NCBI GenBank assembly: GCA_017651165.1
Contig: JAGCDH010000010.1
Location: 17,658 to 81,657, forward strand
DNA length: 64,000 nt
Direction of reading: 5' to 3'
Source of the DNA: Bacilli bacterium
GTDB taxonomy: Bacteria > Bacillota_I > Bacilli_A > RFN20 > CAG-826
Position numbers and translations under genes: made by a program. Within the stretch, counting starts at the first letter, position 1. The number at the start of each line of letters is the position of its first letter. This document shows, piece after piece, positions 16,529 through 25,168 of this stretch. The notes beneath the pieces are model-generated. The model was given only the letters and a program-made list of their open reading frames with translations. It was not told the origin of the DNA and ran no database searches.

Positions 16529-18901
16529 ATGCTCAGAATTAAGAAAAGAGATGGCGGAATCGAAGATTTTGATATTAGCAAAATTGAAAACGCAATCGAA
16601 AAAGCCTTCATGGCAGAACACAAATTTTACAACCACGACATCATCGAGATGCTTGCTTTACGCACCACTGCCGAATTCAACAAGAAAGTTGTTAACGAAA
16701 CCATTGGTGTTGAAGATATCCAAGACGCTGTTGAAATCGTTTTAATCCAAGCGGGTTATGTCGATGTCGCGCGTTCTTACATTATCTATCGTAAGCAACA
16801 TCAAAATTTACGTGATATCAAAGAAACAAATCTTAACTATAAGAACGTTGTTGATAACTATTTAAAGATCAATGACTGGCGTGTTAAAGAAAATAGCACC
16901 GTTACCTACTCTGTAGGCGGCCTTATTTTAAGCAATAGCGGCGCTGTCACAGCCAATTACTGGTTAAGTGAAGTCTATGACGATGAAATCGGTAACGCTC
17001 ATAGAAACGCCGAAATTCACATCCATGACTTATCAATGTTAACTGGCTACTGCGCTGGTTGGTCATTAAAACAATTAATCCAAGAGGGTTTAGGCGGTGT
17101 CCCAGGAAAGATCACTTCTTCCCCTGCTAACCACTTAAGCACCCTTTGTAACCAGATGGTTAACTTCTTAGGCATTATGCAAAACGAATGGGCAGGCGCG
17201 CAAGCCTTCTCCTCTTTCGATACCTATTTAGCGCCATTTGTTAAAGTGGATCATTTAACCTATAAAGAAGTTAAACAATGCATTCAATCCTTCATCTATG
17301 GTGTTAATACACCAAGTAGATGGGGTACCCAAGCTCCATTCACCAACATCACTTTAGACTGGGTCGTTCCAAACGATATGGCCGAACTCAACTGTTTAGT
17401 GGGTGGCAAAGAAATGGACTTCAAATACAAAGATTGTGTTGAAGAAATGGCAATGGTTAACAAAGCCTTCATTGAAATCATGATTGAAGGTGACGCGAAT
17501 GGCCGTGGTTTCCAATACCCAATCCCAACATACTCCATTACCCGTACATTCGACTGGTCTGAAACTGAAAATAATAAATTATTATTCGAAATGACTGCGA
17601 AATATGGTACTCCATACTTCTCTAACTACATCAACTCCGATATGGAACCAAGTGATGTGAGAAGTATGTGCTGCAGATTAAGACTCGACTTAAGAGAATT
17701 AAGAAAGAAATCTGGTGGTTTCTTCGGCTCTGGTGAATCTACTGGTTCTATTGGTGTTGTTACAATCAACATGCCAAGAATTGCTTACTTAGCCACTGAC
17801 GAAGAAGACTTCTATAGAAGACTTGATCGTATCATGGATATCTCTGCGCGTTCACTAAAAGTGAAGAGAAACACCATTACCACCTTAATGGAAGCGGGAT
17901 TATATCCATACACCAAGAGATATTTAGGCAACTTCAATAACCACTTCTCCACGATTGGTTTAGTCGGTATGAATGAAGCTTGCTTAAACGCTCGTTGGTT
18001 AAGACAAGACTTAACAAATCCTGAAGCCATTCAATTCACTAAAGATGTTCTCAATCACATGAGAAATAAATTATCTGACTATCAAGAATTATATGGTGAC
18101 TTATATAACTTAGAAGCCACTCCAGCAGAATCCACTGCTTATCGTTTAGCAAAACACGATAAGGCTTTATATCCAGATATCATTACCGCGAGTGAAAATG
18201 GTAGAACACCATACTACACCAACTCTTCTCACTTACCAGTTGGTTATACCGAAGATATTTATAAAGCCCTTGATATTCAAGATGGTTTACAAACCCTTTA
18301 TACCTCTGGTACAGTCTTCCACTGCTTCTTAGGCCAAAAGCTCCCAAGCTGGAAATCCTGTATGAATTTAGTGAGAAAGATTGCGGAAAATTATCACATC
18401 CCATACTACACTATGTCTCCAACCTACAGTGTTTGTAAAGATCACGGTTATATCACCGGTGAACAATACACCTGTCCAAAATGCGGTAAGAGAACAGAAG
18501 TTTATTCAAGAATTACCGGTTACTACCGTCCAGTTCAAAACTGGAATGATGGCAAGACCGAAGAATTCCAACACCGTAAAGTTTATGAACCATCCAAATC
18601 TAAACTCACCCATACAGTTACTGACGTTCTAGGTAGTCAAGAAGAAGAACAAGAAGCCACAGTCTGCAACGAAATCTTGTTATTCGCCACTAAAACATGT
18701 CCAAACTGTAAGATGGCTAAGATGCTTTTAGATAAAGCCGGCATCAAATACAACGTAGTTGACGCGGAAGAAAACGTTGATCAAACTAAAGCGTTTGGTG
18801 TCAGAAAAGCCCCAACATTAATCGTTCCTAAAGGTGATGGCACAAACGATGTGTTTGAAAACGCCTCCAACATCAAAGGTTACATCGAGAGCTTAAACTA
18901 G
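16529..18901 (+). CDS. nrdD: Anaerobic (class III) ribonucleoside-triphosphate reductase NrdD with a C-terminal glutaredoxin/thioredoxin-fold domain
   Basis: 790 aa. Elements are an ATP-cone N-terminus, the class III core, the C-terminal zinc site CPKCG and the glycyl-radical motif RITGYYRP. An extra ~75-aa tail (18671-18898) reads ILLFATKTCPNCKMAKMLLDKAGIKYNVVD. The Shine-Dalgarno is AAGGAGAAG. Confidence 0.9.
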   Translation: MLRIKKRDGGIEDFDISKIENAIEKAFMAEHKFYNHDIIEMLALRTTAEFNKKVVNETIGVEDIQDAVEIVLIQAGYVDVARSYIIYRKQHQNLRDIKETNLNYKNVVDNYLKINDWRVKENSTVTYSVGGLILSNSGAVTANYWLSEVYDDEIGNAHRNAEIHIHDLSMLTGYCAGWSLKQLIQEGLGGVPGKITSSPANHLSTLCNQMVNFLGIMQNEWAGAQAFSSFDTYLAPFVKVDHLTYKEVKQCIQSFIYGVNTPSRWGTQAPFTNITLDWVVPNDMAELNCLVGGKEMDFKYKDCVEEMAMVNKAFIEIMIEGDANGRGFQYPIPTYSITRTFDWSETENNKLLFEMTAKYGTPYFSNYINSDMEPSDVRSMCCRLRLDLRELRKKSGGFFGSGESTGSIGVVTINMPRIAYLATDEEDFYRRLDRIMDISARSLKVKRNTITTLMEAGLYPYTKRYLGNFNNHFSTIGLVGMNEACLNARWLRQDLTNPEAIQFTKDVLNHMRNKLSDYQELYGDLYNLEATPAESTAYRLAKHDKALYPDIITASENGRTPYYTNSSHLPVGYTEDIYKALDIQDGLQTLYTSGTVFHCFLGQKLPSWKSCMNLVRKIAENYHIPYYTMSPTYSVCKDHGYITGEQYTCPKCGKRTEVYSRITGYYRPVQNWNDGKTEEFQHRKVYEPSKSKLTHTVTDVLGSQEEEQEATVCNEILLFATKTCPNCKMAKMLLDKAGIKYNVVDAEENVDQTKAFGVRKAPTLIVPKGDGTNDVFENASNIKGYIESLN

Positions 18902-18902
18902 T

Positions 18903-19823
18903 ATGACTGATGTAATTATTATCGGTGGCGGTCCCGCTGGAATGAGCGTGGCTTTGAATCTTCTCCGTGCCGGTCATAGTGTTCTCATTTTAGAAAAGGA
19001 GAATTTTGGTGGACAAATCGCCAATTCTCCTCGAGTGGAGAACATCCCAGGTACCAAAGAAATTTCTGGCTTAGATTTTGCTGGTAATCTCTTTGAGCAG
19101 ATCCTTGATTTAGGTGCGAAGTTTGAGCTTGAAGAAGTCACGAGAGTTTTAAAACTTGATAACTCATTTGAGGTGACCACCAATTACCATACATATGAAG
19201 CTGCTGCTGTCGTTATCGCTAACGGCGTTAAGCACCGCAAAATGAACCTTCCAAATGAAGAAGAATTCATCGGTAAAGGTATCTCTTTCTGCGCGGTGTG
19301 TGATGGCGCATTCTATAAAGATAAAGATGTTTATCTAATTGGCGATGCTAATACCGCGCTTCAATATGCCTTAATGCTCGCTAATACTTGTACAAACGTT
19401 TATATGTTCACTTTATTTGATCGCTTCTTTGCGGATCAAATCCTCATTGACCGTTTAGTACAAAAAGATAACATCCATATTACCCACAATATGAATCTTG
19501 TCGCTTATTTAGGACAAAACGAATTAGCAGGTCTCCGTTTTGAAAACACAAAAGACCATTCAATTCACGAATATCCAACTAACAACGTCTTTGTTGCCAT
19601 TGGACAAGTTCCACAAAACGATGCCTTTAAATCATTAGTGCAAACTGATGAACGTGGTTTCATTGAGACAAATGAAAAGATGGAAACATCTGTTCCAGGT
19701 ATCTTCGCCATAGGCGACACAAGAAAAAAAGACGTCAGACAAGTCGCTTCTGCGATTGGTGATGCCTCTGTTGCTAGCGTCTTTATTGATAAATATTTGC
19801 AGCTTAGTAACCGCGCAAAGTAA
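18903..19823 (+). CDS. trxB: Thioredoxin-disulfide reductase-like flavoprotein
   Basis: 306 aa. It has the FAD motif IIGGGPAG and the redox-active CAVCDG. It starts 1 nt after the nrdD stop. Confidence 0.8.
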   Translation: MTDVIIIGGGPAGMSVALNLLRAGHSVLILEKENFGGQIANSPRVENIPGTKEISGLDFAGNLFEQILDLGAKFELEEVTRVLKLDNSFEVTTNYHTYEAAAVVIANGVKHRKMNLPNEEEFIGKGISFCAVCDGAFYKDKDVYLIGDANTALQYALMLANTCTNVYMFTLFDRFFADQILIDRLVQKDNIHITHNMNLVAYLGQNELAGLRFENTKDHSIHEYPTNNVFVAIGQVPQNDAFKSLVQTDERGFIETNEKMETSVPGIFAIGDTRKKDVRQVASAIGDASVASVFIDKYLQLSNRAK

Positions 19824-20493
19824 CAAACTCTAAACCTTTACTTAGTAGATAATCTCTAAGTTTAGCGGCCTCCAATTCGTCAACATCATGGAGGCCTTTT
19901 TTAATGCAACCTTCACGATCAACGAATCTTTGTAAGAATAGTTTTTTAGCACCTTTGATTAATTCAAAGAAAGCGTCATAATTCATTCTTTCATGGAATT
20001 CTTTCACTAATGTTGTTCTAAATTCATAGTCAGGAGCTTTGCTCATAATGATGGCAATGCTCTTCTTAATATTCTCAATTTGCACAAAGTTAACGCCACA
20101 TGTCTCAGCGTATAATGATGGACTATTTTTGATATCCATAGCGACGTAGTCCACCACTTTGTCATCAAGTAGTTTTTCTAATAATTCTGGGTCTGTTCCG
20201 TTGGTGTCTAGTTTGATTAAAAAGCCCAAGTCTTTAACCGCTTTCATTTTAACCTCTAAATCAGGCTCTAATGTTGGCTCACCACCAGTGAAAACAACCG
20301 CGTCCACAAGGCCCACTCTGGTTTTAAGGAACGCTAAAATATCATCAAAGCTTAGTTCTTCTTGTGCATTTAAAACTGAGTCACCATTATGACAAAATGG
20401 GCAGCGGAAATTGCAAGCTTTACTAAATAAAACTACGGAGACTTTGTCTTCGTAATCGAGTAATGAGAGTTTATCAATTCCTACAATCGCCAT
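19804..20493 (-). CDS. nrdG: Anaerobic RNR activating radical-SAM protein NrdG
   Basis: The cluster motif is CNFRCPFCHN. I moved the start to ATG 20493 (MAIVGIDKLSLLDY). The longer track ORF would overlap the divergent gene. Confidence 0.85.
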   Translation of the reverse strand: MAIVGIDKLSLLDYEDKVSVVLFSKACNFRCPFCHNGDSVLNAQEELSFDDILAFLKTRVGLVDAVVFTGGEPTLEPDLEVKMKAVKDLGFLIKLDTNGTDPELLEKLLDDKVVDYVAMDIKNSPSLYAETCGVNFVQIENIKKSIAIIMSKAPDYEFRTTLVKEFHERMNYDAFFELIKGAKKLFLQRFVDREGCIKKGLHDVDELEAAKLRDYLLSKGLEFVTLRGY

Positions 20494-20555
20494 AACTTGT
20501 AATATTAGGATAATATTGCGTTGCCTTAATGTCAAATATAGTTATAATAATAACT

Positions 20556-21032
20556 ATGGAAAAGAATAAAAATATCTCTTGGGACGAATACTTTATGGGT
20601 ATTGCCTCTTTAAGCGCCTTAAGGAGCAAAGATCCCAACACACAAGTAGGCGCATGTATCGTTGATAACGATAATAAAGTTGTTTCTATTGGCTATAATG
20701 GCATGCCAACAGGATTAGACGAAGATAAATTATCCTGGAACAAAGGCGAAGGCTTAGATTCCAAATATCTTTATGTTTGTCACGCAGAATTTAATGCCAT
20801 CTTAAATACCAGACACGGTGAAGCCTTAAAAGGCTGTCGCTTATACGTCACGCTCTTCCCATGCAACGAGTGCGCGAAAGCGTGTATCCAAGTGGGCATC
20901 AAAGAAATTATTTATCTAGAGGATAAATACGCCAGCACAATTGGTATCCAAGCGAGTAAGAAAATGCTCGAATTAGCGGGTGTTAAATTAAGACAATATA
21001 ACGCTAAAGTCTTACCAGAATTAGTGAAGTAA
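20556..21032 (+). CDS. Deoxycytidylate (dCMP) deaminase
   Basis: Zinc motifs CHAEFNAI and PCNECAK are present. The N-terminus WDEYFMGIA is typical. The start is placed at ATG 20556. Confidence 0.85.
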   Translation: MEKNKNISWDEYFMGIASLSALRSKDPNTQVGACIVDNDNKVVSIGYNGMPTGLDEDKLSWNKGEGLDSKYLYVCHAEFNAILNTRHGEALKGCRLYVTLFPCNECAKACIQVGIKEIIYLEDKYASTIGIQASKKMLELAGVKLRQYNAKVLPELVK

Positions 21033-21033
21033 T

Positions 21034-21828
21034 ATGACTATTAAAGAATACGTCGCATATAGAAAAGAAGAGATTAAAAATCTCGTCGCATCTTTGGAAA
21101 GAAAACCAAGCATCGCGATTGTGCAAGTGAACGAGGATGCGGGCAGTTGCGCATACGTGCGCGGAAAACTCAAAGACGCAGATGAATTAGGCGTCAAAGC
21201 TGACTTGATCAAGCTTCCTTTAGAAACCACTCAAGAAGAACTATTGAAGGTTATCGATGAACTCAACAAAGATGATATTCATGATGGCTTTATCGTGCAG
21301 ATGCCTTTACCAAAAGGTATTGATGAAGACGCCATCAAATTAGCGGTTGATCCTAAGAAAGATGTTGATGGTTTCCATCCATTATCAAGTCTTGTTCCAT
21401 GTACCCCAAAGGGTATTATCAATTATTTACATTTCGAAAAAATTCCAATGCAAGGTAAGAACGCTGTTGTTATTGGAAGAAGCAATATCGTTGGTAAACC
21501 AATGGCCAAACTATTGCTTAAAGAGAATATGAACGTCACCGTTTTGCATAGCAAAACTTCTCAAGAAGATATGGCTTTCTACATTGCTCACGCTGATGTG
21601 ATTGTTGTAGCAATTGGTAAAGCTGGATTCCTTGATAACAGATTCACATATAAAAAAGACGCCGTCATCGTGGATGTTGGCATCTCAAGAACTGAAGATG
21701 GTCTTAAAGGTGATGCTATTCCAAACCTTCCAGTCGGACTTCAAACTCCAGTTCCAGGAGGCGTTGGCTTAGCCACAAGGTTGGCTCTTTACGAAAATCT
21801 ATTAGAAATCTATAGCGCTAATAAGTAG
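21034..21828 (+). CDS. folD: Bifunctional methylenetetrahydrofolate dehydrogenase/cyclohydrolase FolD
   Basis: Motifs seen: YVRGKLK, GFIVQMPLP, DVDGFHP, VVIGRSNIVGKPMA and TPVPGGVG. Confidence 0.9.
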   Translation: MTIKEYVAYRKEEIKNLVASLERKPSIAIVQVNEDAGSCAYVRGKLKDADELGVKADLIKLPLETTQEELLKVIDELNKDDIHDGFIVQMPLPKGIDEDAIKLAVDPKKDVDGFHPLSSLVPCTPKGIINYLHFEKIPMQGKNAVVIGRSNIVGKPMAKLLLKENMNVTVLHSKTSQEDMAFYIAHADVIVVAIGKAGFLDNRFTYKKDAVIVDVGISRTEDGLKGDAIPNLPVGLQTPVPGGVGLATRLALYENLLEIYSANK

Positions 21829-21829
21829 G

Positions 21830-22429
21830 TTAGCGCTTTTTCTTTAAAACAGTAATCTTTCCTTTTTCTTTTTTGATAAGGTGTCGCTCAATCAAATTGG
21901 TTAAAAGACGAGATAATGTTTCTCTTTGTACACCAATTGTGGCCGCTAATGTAGTCACATTTTTAAATGTGATAACCCCGTTATTCTTGCTCGCGTAATA
22001 GAACAATCTTTCTTCTGCATTTGGGAAAGATAGTAATTGAATTCTAGCGTTTAAAGCCTTACCAAAATCAGATTGGATATTTAGATATAAATCTAAAAAC
22101 TCAGCGTTATTCTGTAAGAGATAAATAAGGTTCTCTTTATTGATAAATGCGACGACGGATTTTTCTTTTGCAATGACATCACCACGATAAATTGGTGAAC
22201 TAGAGAAAAGAAGATTGTTACCAAAGATTTCTCCTGGCTTTAATGAGTTGATCAATAACTCTTTGCCTTGAAAGGAATAAGAAACAATATCGATCTTACC
22301 ACTGATGATGATACCGATGTTCTCGCAGACATCTCCTTCATGATAGATAACATTTCCTTTGGCTATTTGATAGCCTTTCACCATTTGGTGTTCTTTTTTA
22401 CTTAAAACATTTAAAATTGCTATTTTCAT
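21830..22429 (-). CDS. Crp/Fnr family transcriptional regulator
   Basis: 199 aa. It has an N-terminal cNMP-binding-like beta-barrel and a C-terminal HTH (IGVQRETLSRLLTNL). Confidence 0.8.
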   Translation of the reverse strand: MKIAILNVLSKKEHQMVKGYQIAKGNVIYHEGDVCENIGIIISGKIDIVSYSFQGKELLINSLKPGEIFGNNLLFSSSPIYRGDVIAKEKSVVAFINKENLIYLLQNNAEFLDLYLNIQSDFGKALNARIQLLSFPNAEERLFYYASKNNGVITFKNVTTLAATIGVQRETLSRLLTNLIERHLIKKEKGKITVLKKKR

Positions 22430-22437
22430 AATTAATC

Positions 22438-22453
22438 CGTGACCTACGTCACA
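22438..22453. promoter_or_regulatory. Candidate Crp/Fnr-family operator CGTGA-N6-TCACA in the divergent promoter region
   Basis: The 5-6-5 palindrome CGTGAcctacgTCACA lies 9 nt upstream of the regulator start. It is centred about 41.5 nt upstream of the TSS predicted from the TATAAT at 22475-22480. Confidence 0.5.
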
Positions 22454-22484
22454 TTTTATTATAGTTTATTTATTTATAATATCA

Positions 22485-23459
22485 ATGAGGAGAAAACAAA
22501 TTATGAAAAAATTATTATCACTAATTGCCATTACAGTCTTACTCGCTGGCTGTAACAAAAATAAACCAAGCGACGAATATGATCGTTCAACACTTAGCAT
22601 CATTTCGCCAACAGGCGCCCCAGCTTTAGCGTTCTATAATTATTCAACCTATTCAAACTTTGAAACAAATTCTGATCCATCGACTGGCATCTTACCTTTG
22701 ATGGTGACTGGACAAAAAGATGTTGTTGTCTTACCAACCAATGCTGGTATGCAAGCTATTCTCAATAAAGGTGCTAACTACCAAATTGCCGCAACCATCA
22801 CATTTGGTAACTTCTATCTTTTGAGTTTGAATAACGACGAGAATGACGCTCTTGATGAGAGCGATACAATTCTTCTTTTCCAAAAAGGTAATGTCCCAGA
22901 TAAAATCTTCCATTATGTTTATGGGAACACCTATGATTCAAACATTCATTATGTCTCAGCGGTCAGTGATGCTGCCGCAGCGGCTAACGCTGGTTCATTT
23001 GTCGATGCTGATTCTGGTGAAAGAATGGTTCCTAACTATGTGATGTTAGCCCAACCTGTCCTACAAGCAGTTTTAGGAAAGAACAGCGAAAAGGGATATA
23101 GGGTGTACGATAACATTCAGGAAAAATACAAAGAGAAATCTAATAACTTACCTTTGTTCCAAGCTTCAGTTTTTATTAAAAAAACTGTTGATAATAAGAT
23201 TGCAAAATCTTTCTTAGAAACATTAAAGTCTGATGTCCAAACCGCTTTAGAAACACCTGTTGCAATCACACATGGCTTAAGAAAGATTGAAAACGCCTCT
23301 GAAGTCTATGGCATTGATCCAACTATGGCGGAACTTCTTACTACAAACGGTAATGGCATGGGTTTAGGCTTTGAATACGCAAAAGAGAATAAAGCCGCCA
23401 TTGAAACATTCTTAAGAATCTTCAACATTGAGGGAGTGGATGAAGAAGTTTATTTCTAA
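22485..23459 (+). CDS. ABC transporter substrate-binding lipoprotein (family uncertain, NitT/TauT-like by context)
   Basis: The signal peptide and lipobox read ...LSLIAITVLLAGCNKN. An alternative start is ATG 22503 with a GAGGAG Shine-Dalgarno. A permease gene follows. Confidence 0.6.
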   Translation: MRRKQIMKKLLSLIAITVLLAGCNKNKPSDEYDRSTLSIISPTGAPALAFYNYSTYSNFETNSDPSTGILPLMVTGQKDVVVLPTNAGMQAILNKGANYQIAATITFGNFYLLSLNNDENDALDESDTILLFQKGNVPDKIFHYVYGNTYDSNIHYVSAVSDAAAAANAGSFVDADSGERMVPNYVMLAQPVLQAVLGKNSEKGYRVYDNIQEKYKEKSNNLPLFQASVFIKKTVDNKIAKSFLETLKSDVQTALETPVAITHGLRKIENASEVYGIDPTMAELLTTNGNGMGLGFEYAKENKAAIETFLRIFNIEGVDEEVYF

Positions 23460-24207
23460 TAGATATACTTTATTTGGGCTAGGAATCTTATTTGTCATCG
23501 CTTTATGGTTCCTTCTTTCGGCATGCTTTGATGTTAATAGCGGAATCTTTCCTTCGCCAATTGCGACTTTTAAAGAATTCGGTGTACTCCTAACTAAGCC
23601 TTATTCGTACAAATGTTTAGGTTATACATTCTTACGAATGTTGATTGGTTTCACTGTCTCTTTCATTATCGCTTTAATTGTCGGGATATTTGCCGGTAAT
23701 CATCAATCCTTATACATGTTTTTAAAACCTTTAATGACGGTCATTAAAAGCGTACCCACGGTCGCAATTGTCTTCTTATTAATTGTGATAGCTAAGCCAA
23801 GATACGCTCCGATATTCGTCGTCATAATTATCTGCTTTCCAATTCTATATGAGGCGGTAGCGGGTGGCTTTAAAAGAGTCAATAATGAACTTGTCCAAGC
23901 ATCACAAGTAGATGGAGCTAATTATTTCCAAAGAGTTTTATTCATAAAACTCCCACTATCAATTCCTTATATCTTCGTCGGTGTGGCTTCAAGTTTTTCC
24001 TTGTCTTTTAAATTAGAAATTATGGCGGAAGTCCTTACCGGCTATACCAAGAATGGTTTAGGTAGTGTTATCCACTACGCGCAACAAGAAGATCCAACTG
24101 ATTTAACAAGGGTTTTTGCTTACAGCTTATTTGCGATTATTATCATGCTTTTAATCACTCTTCTTGAGCAAGTTATCAAACATGCTTTAAAAAAGAAGAA
24201 TGATTGA
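23440..24207 (+). CDS. ABC transporter permease (binding-protein-dependent inner-membrane component)
   Basis: About 255 aa with 6 TM. The ATG at 23440 is preceded by GAGGGAG. It overlaps the end of the SBP gene. No ATPase gene is adjacent. Confidence 0.75.
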   Translation: MKKFISNRYTLFGLGILFVIALWFLLSACFDVNSGIFPSPIATFKEFGVLLTKPYSYKCLGYTFLRMLIGFTVSFIIALIVGIFAGNHQSLYMFLKPLMTVIKSVPTVAIVFLLIVIAKPRYAPIFVVIIICFPILYEAVAGGFKRVNNELVQASQVDGANYFQRVLFIKLPLSIPYIFVGVASSFSLSFKLEIMAEVLTGYTKNGLGSVIHYAQQEDPTDLTRVFAYSLFAIIIMLLITLLEQVIKHALKKKND

Positions 24208-24253
24208 TAAATCATCCAATATCACATAAACTTATTTTAAGGAGACATACATA

Positions 24254-24793
24254 ATGGAATTAAAAGGTAGTAAAACTGAAAAGAATTTACAAGAAGCTTT
24301 TGCTGGTGAATCCCAAGCTCGTAACAAATACACTTATTTTGCTAGCCAAGCTAAAAAAGAAGGCTATGAGCAAATCGCTGCGATTTTCTTAGAAACAGCG
24401 GAAAACGAAAAAGAACACGCCAAGATGTGGTTCAAATATCTTCATGATAATGGAGTACCATCCACTATTGAGAATTTAAAAGCGGCCGCCGAAGGCGAAA
24501 ACTTCGAATATACAGATATGTATAAGAGAATGGCTGAGGAAGCTAGAGAAGAAGGCTTCATGGAAATTGCTGCTAAATTTGAACTAGTTGGTAAGATTGA
24601 AAGAGAGCACGAACAAAGATATCTCAAACTCTTAGAAAAAGTCCAAGGCAATAAGATATTCATCGCTCCAGATGTCGTCGTTTGGAAATGCCGTAACTGC
24701 GGTCATATCCACGTCGGTAAAGAAGCACCAAAGATTTGTCCAGCTTGTGCCCATCCACAAAGCTACTTCGAATTAAGAGTGGAAAACTATTAA
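24254..24793 (+). CDS. rbr: Rubrerythrin
   Basis: It has a ferritin-like diiron N-domain and a C-terminal rubredoxin-like site, CRNCGH...CPACAHP. Confidence 0.9.
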   Translation: MELKGSKTEKNLQEAFAGESQARNKYTYFASQAKKEGYEQIAAIFLETAENEKEHAKMWFKYLHDNGVPSTIENLKAAAEGENFEYTDMYKRMAEEAREEGFMEIAAKFELVGKIEREHEQRYLKLLEKVQGNKIFIAPDVVVWKCRNCGHIHVGKEAPKICPACAHPQSYFELRVENY

Positions 24794-24812
24794 TCTTTAA
24801 TAAAATTAAAAA

Positions 24813-24842
24813 GAGCACGGAGTTAATCTCTGTGCTTTTTAT
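24813..24842 (+). terminator. Intrinsic terminator after rubrerythrin
   Basis: AGCACGGAG-ttaat-CTCTGTGCT followed by TTTTT. Confidence 0.7.
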
Positions 24843-24908
24843 TATTTCAATAAATAATCTATTGCATTTATTTCTTTTTTCTATAATAATAATTAAGCGC
24901 GCAAACAC

Positions 24909-24984
24909 GGATCTGTGGTGTAGCGGTTAACATGTCTCCCTGTCACGGAGAAGACCGCGGGTTCGATTCCCGTCAGATCCGCCA
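24909..24984 (+). tRNA. tRNA-Asp (anticodon GTC)
   Basis: Acceptor GGATCTG/CAGATCC, anticodon loop CTGTCAC, T-arm GCGGG-TTCGATT-CCCGT. CCA is encoded. Confidence 0.9.
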
Positions 24985-25003
24985 GCGCTTTTTTAAAGAA
25001 GAT

Positions 25004-25079
25004 GGCCCGGTAGCTCAGCTAGTAGAGCAATGGACTGAAAATCCATGTGTCGCCGGCGCGCTCCCGGCCTGGGCCACCA
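25004..25079 (+). tRNA. tRNA-Phe (anticodon GAA) with a highly atypical T-loop and D-loop
   Basis: Acceptor GGCCCGG/CTGGGCC, anticodon arm ATGGA-CTGAAAA-TCCAT, T-stem GCCGG/CCGGC. The T-loop is CGCGCTC instead of TTCRAnn, and the D-loop is AGCTAGTA (A where G18 is expected). Confidence 0.7.
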
Positions 25080-25120
25080 TCTTGTAAAATAGATGCACGA
25101 AAGTGTGTCTTTTTTATTTA

Positions 25121-25156
25121 AAAAACCGCTAGCGGATGCTAACGGTTTTATTTTTG
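25121..25156. terminator. Bidirectional terminator between the tRNA pair and the convergent gene
   Basis: AAAACCGCTAGC-ggat-GCTAACGGTTTT, with an A-run before it and a T-run after it. Confidence 0.6.
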
Positions 25157-25168
25157 GAATCTCAGAAA

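Noticed and set aside
24850-24908. Promoter for the tRNA-Asp/tRNA-Phe pair (TTGCAT ... TATAAT/AATAAT).
   Set aside because: The spacer to the TATAAT is only 14 nt. The 17-nt alternative uses a poor -10 (AATAAT). This is too ambiguous to call.
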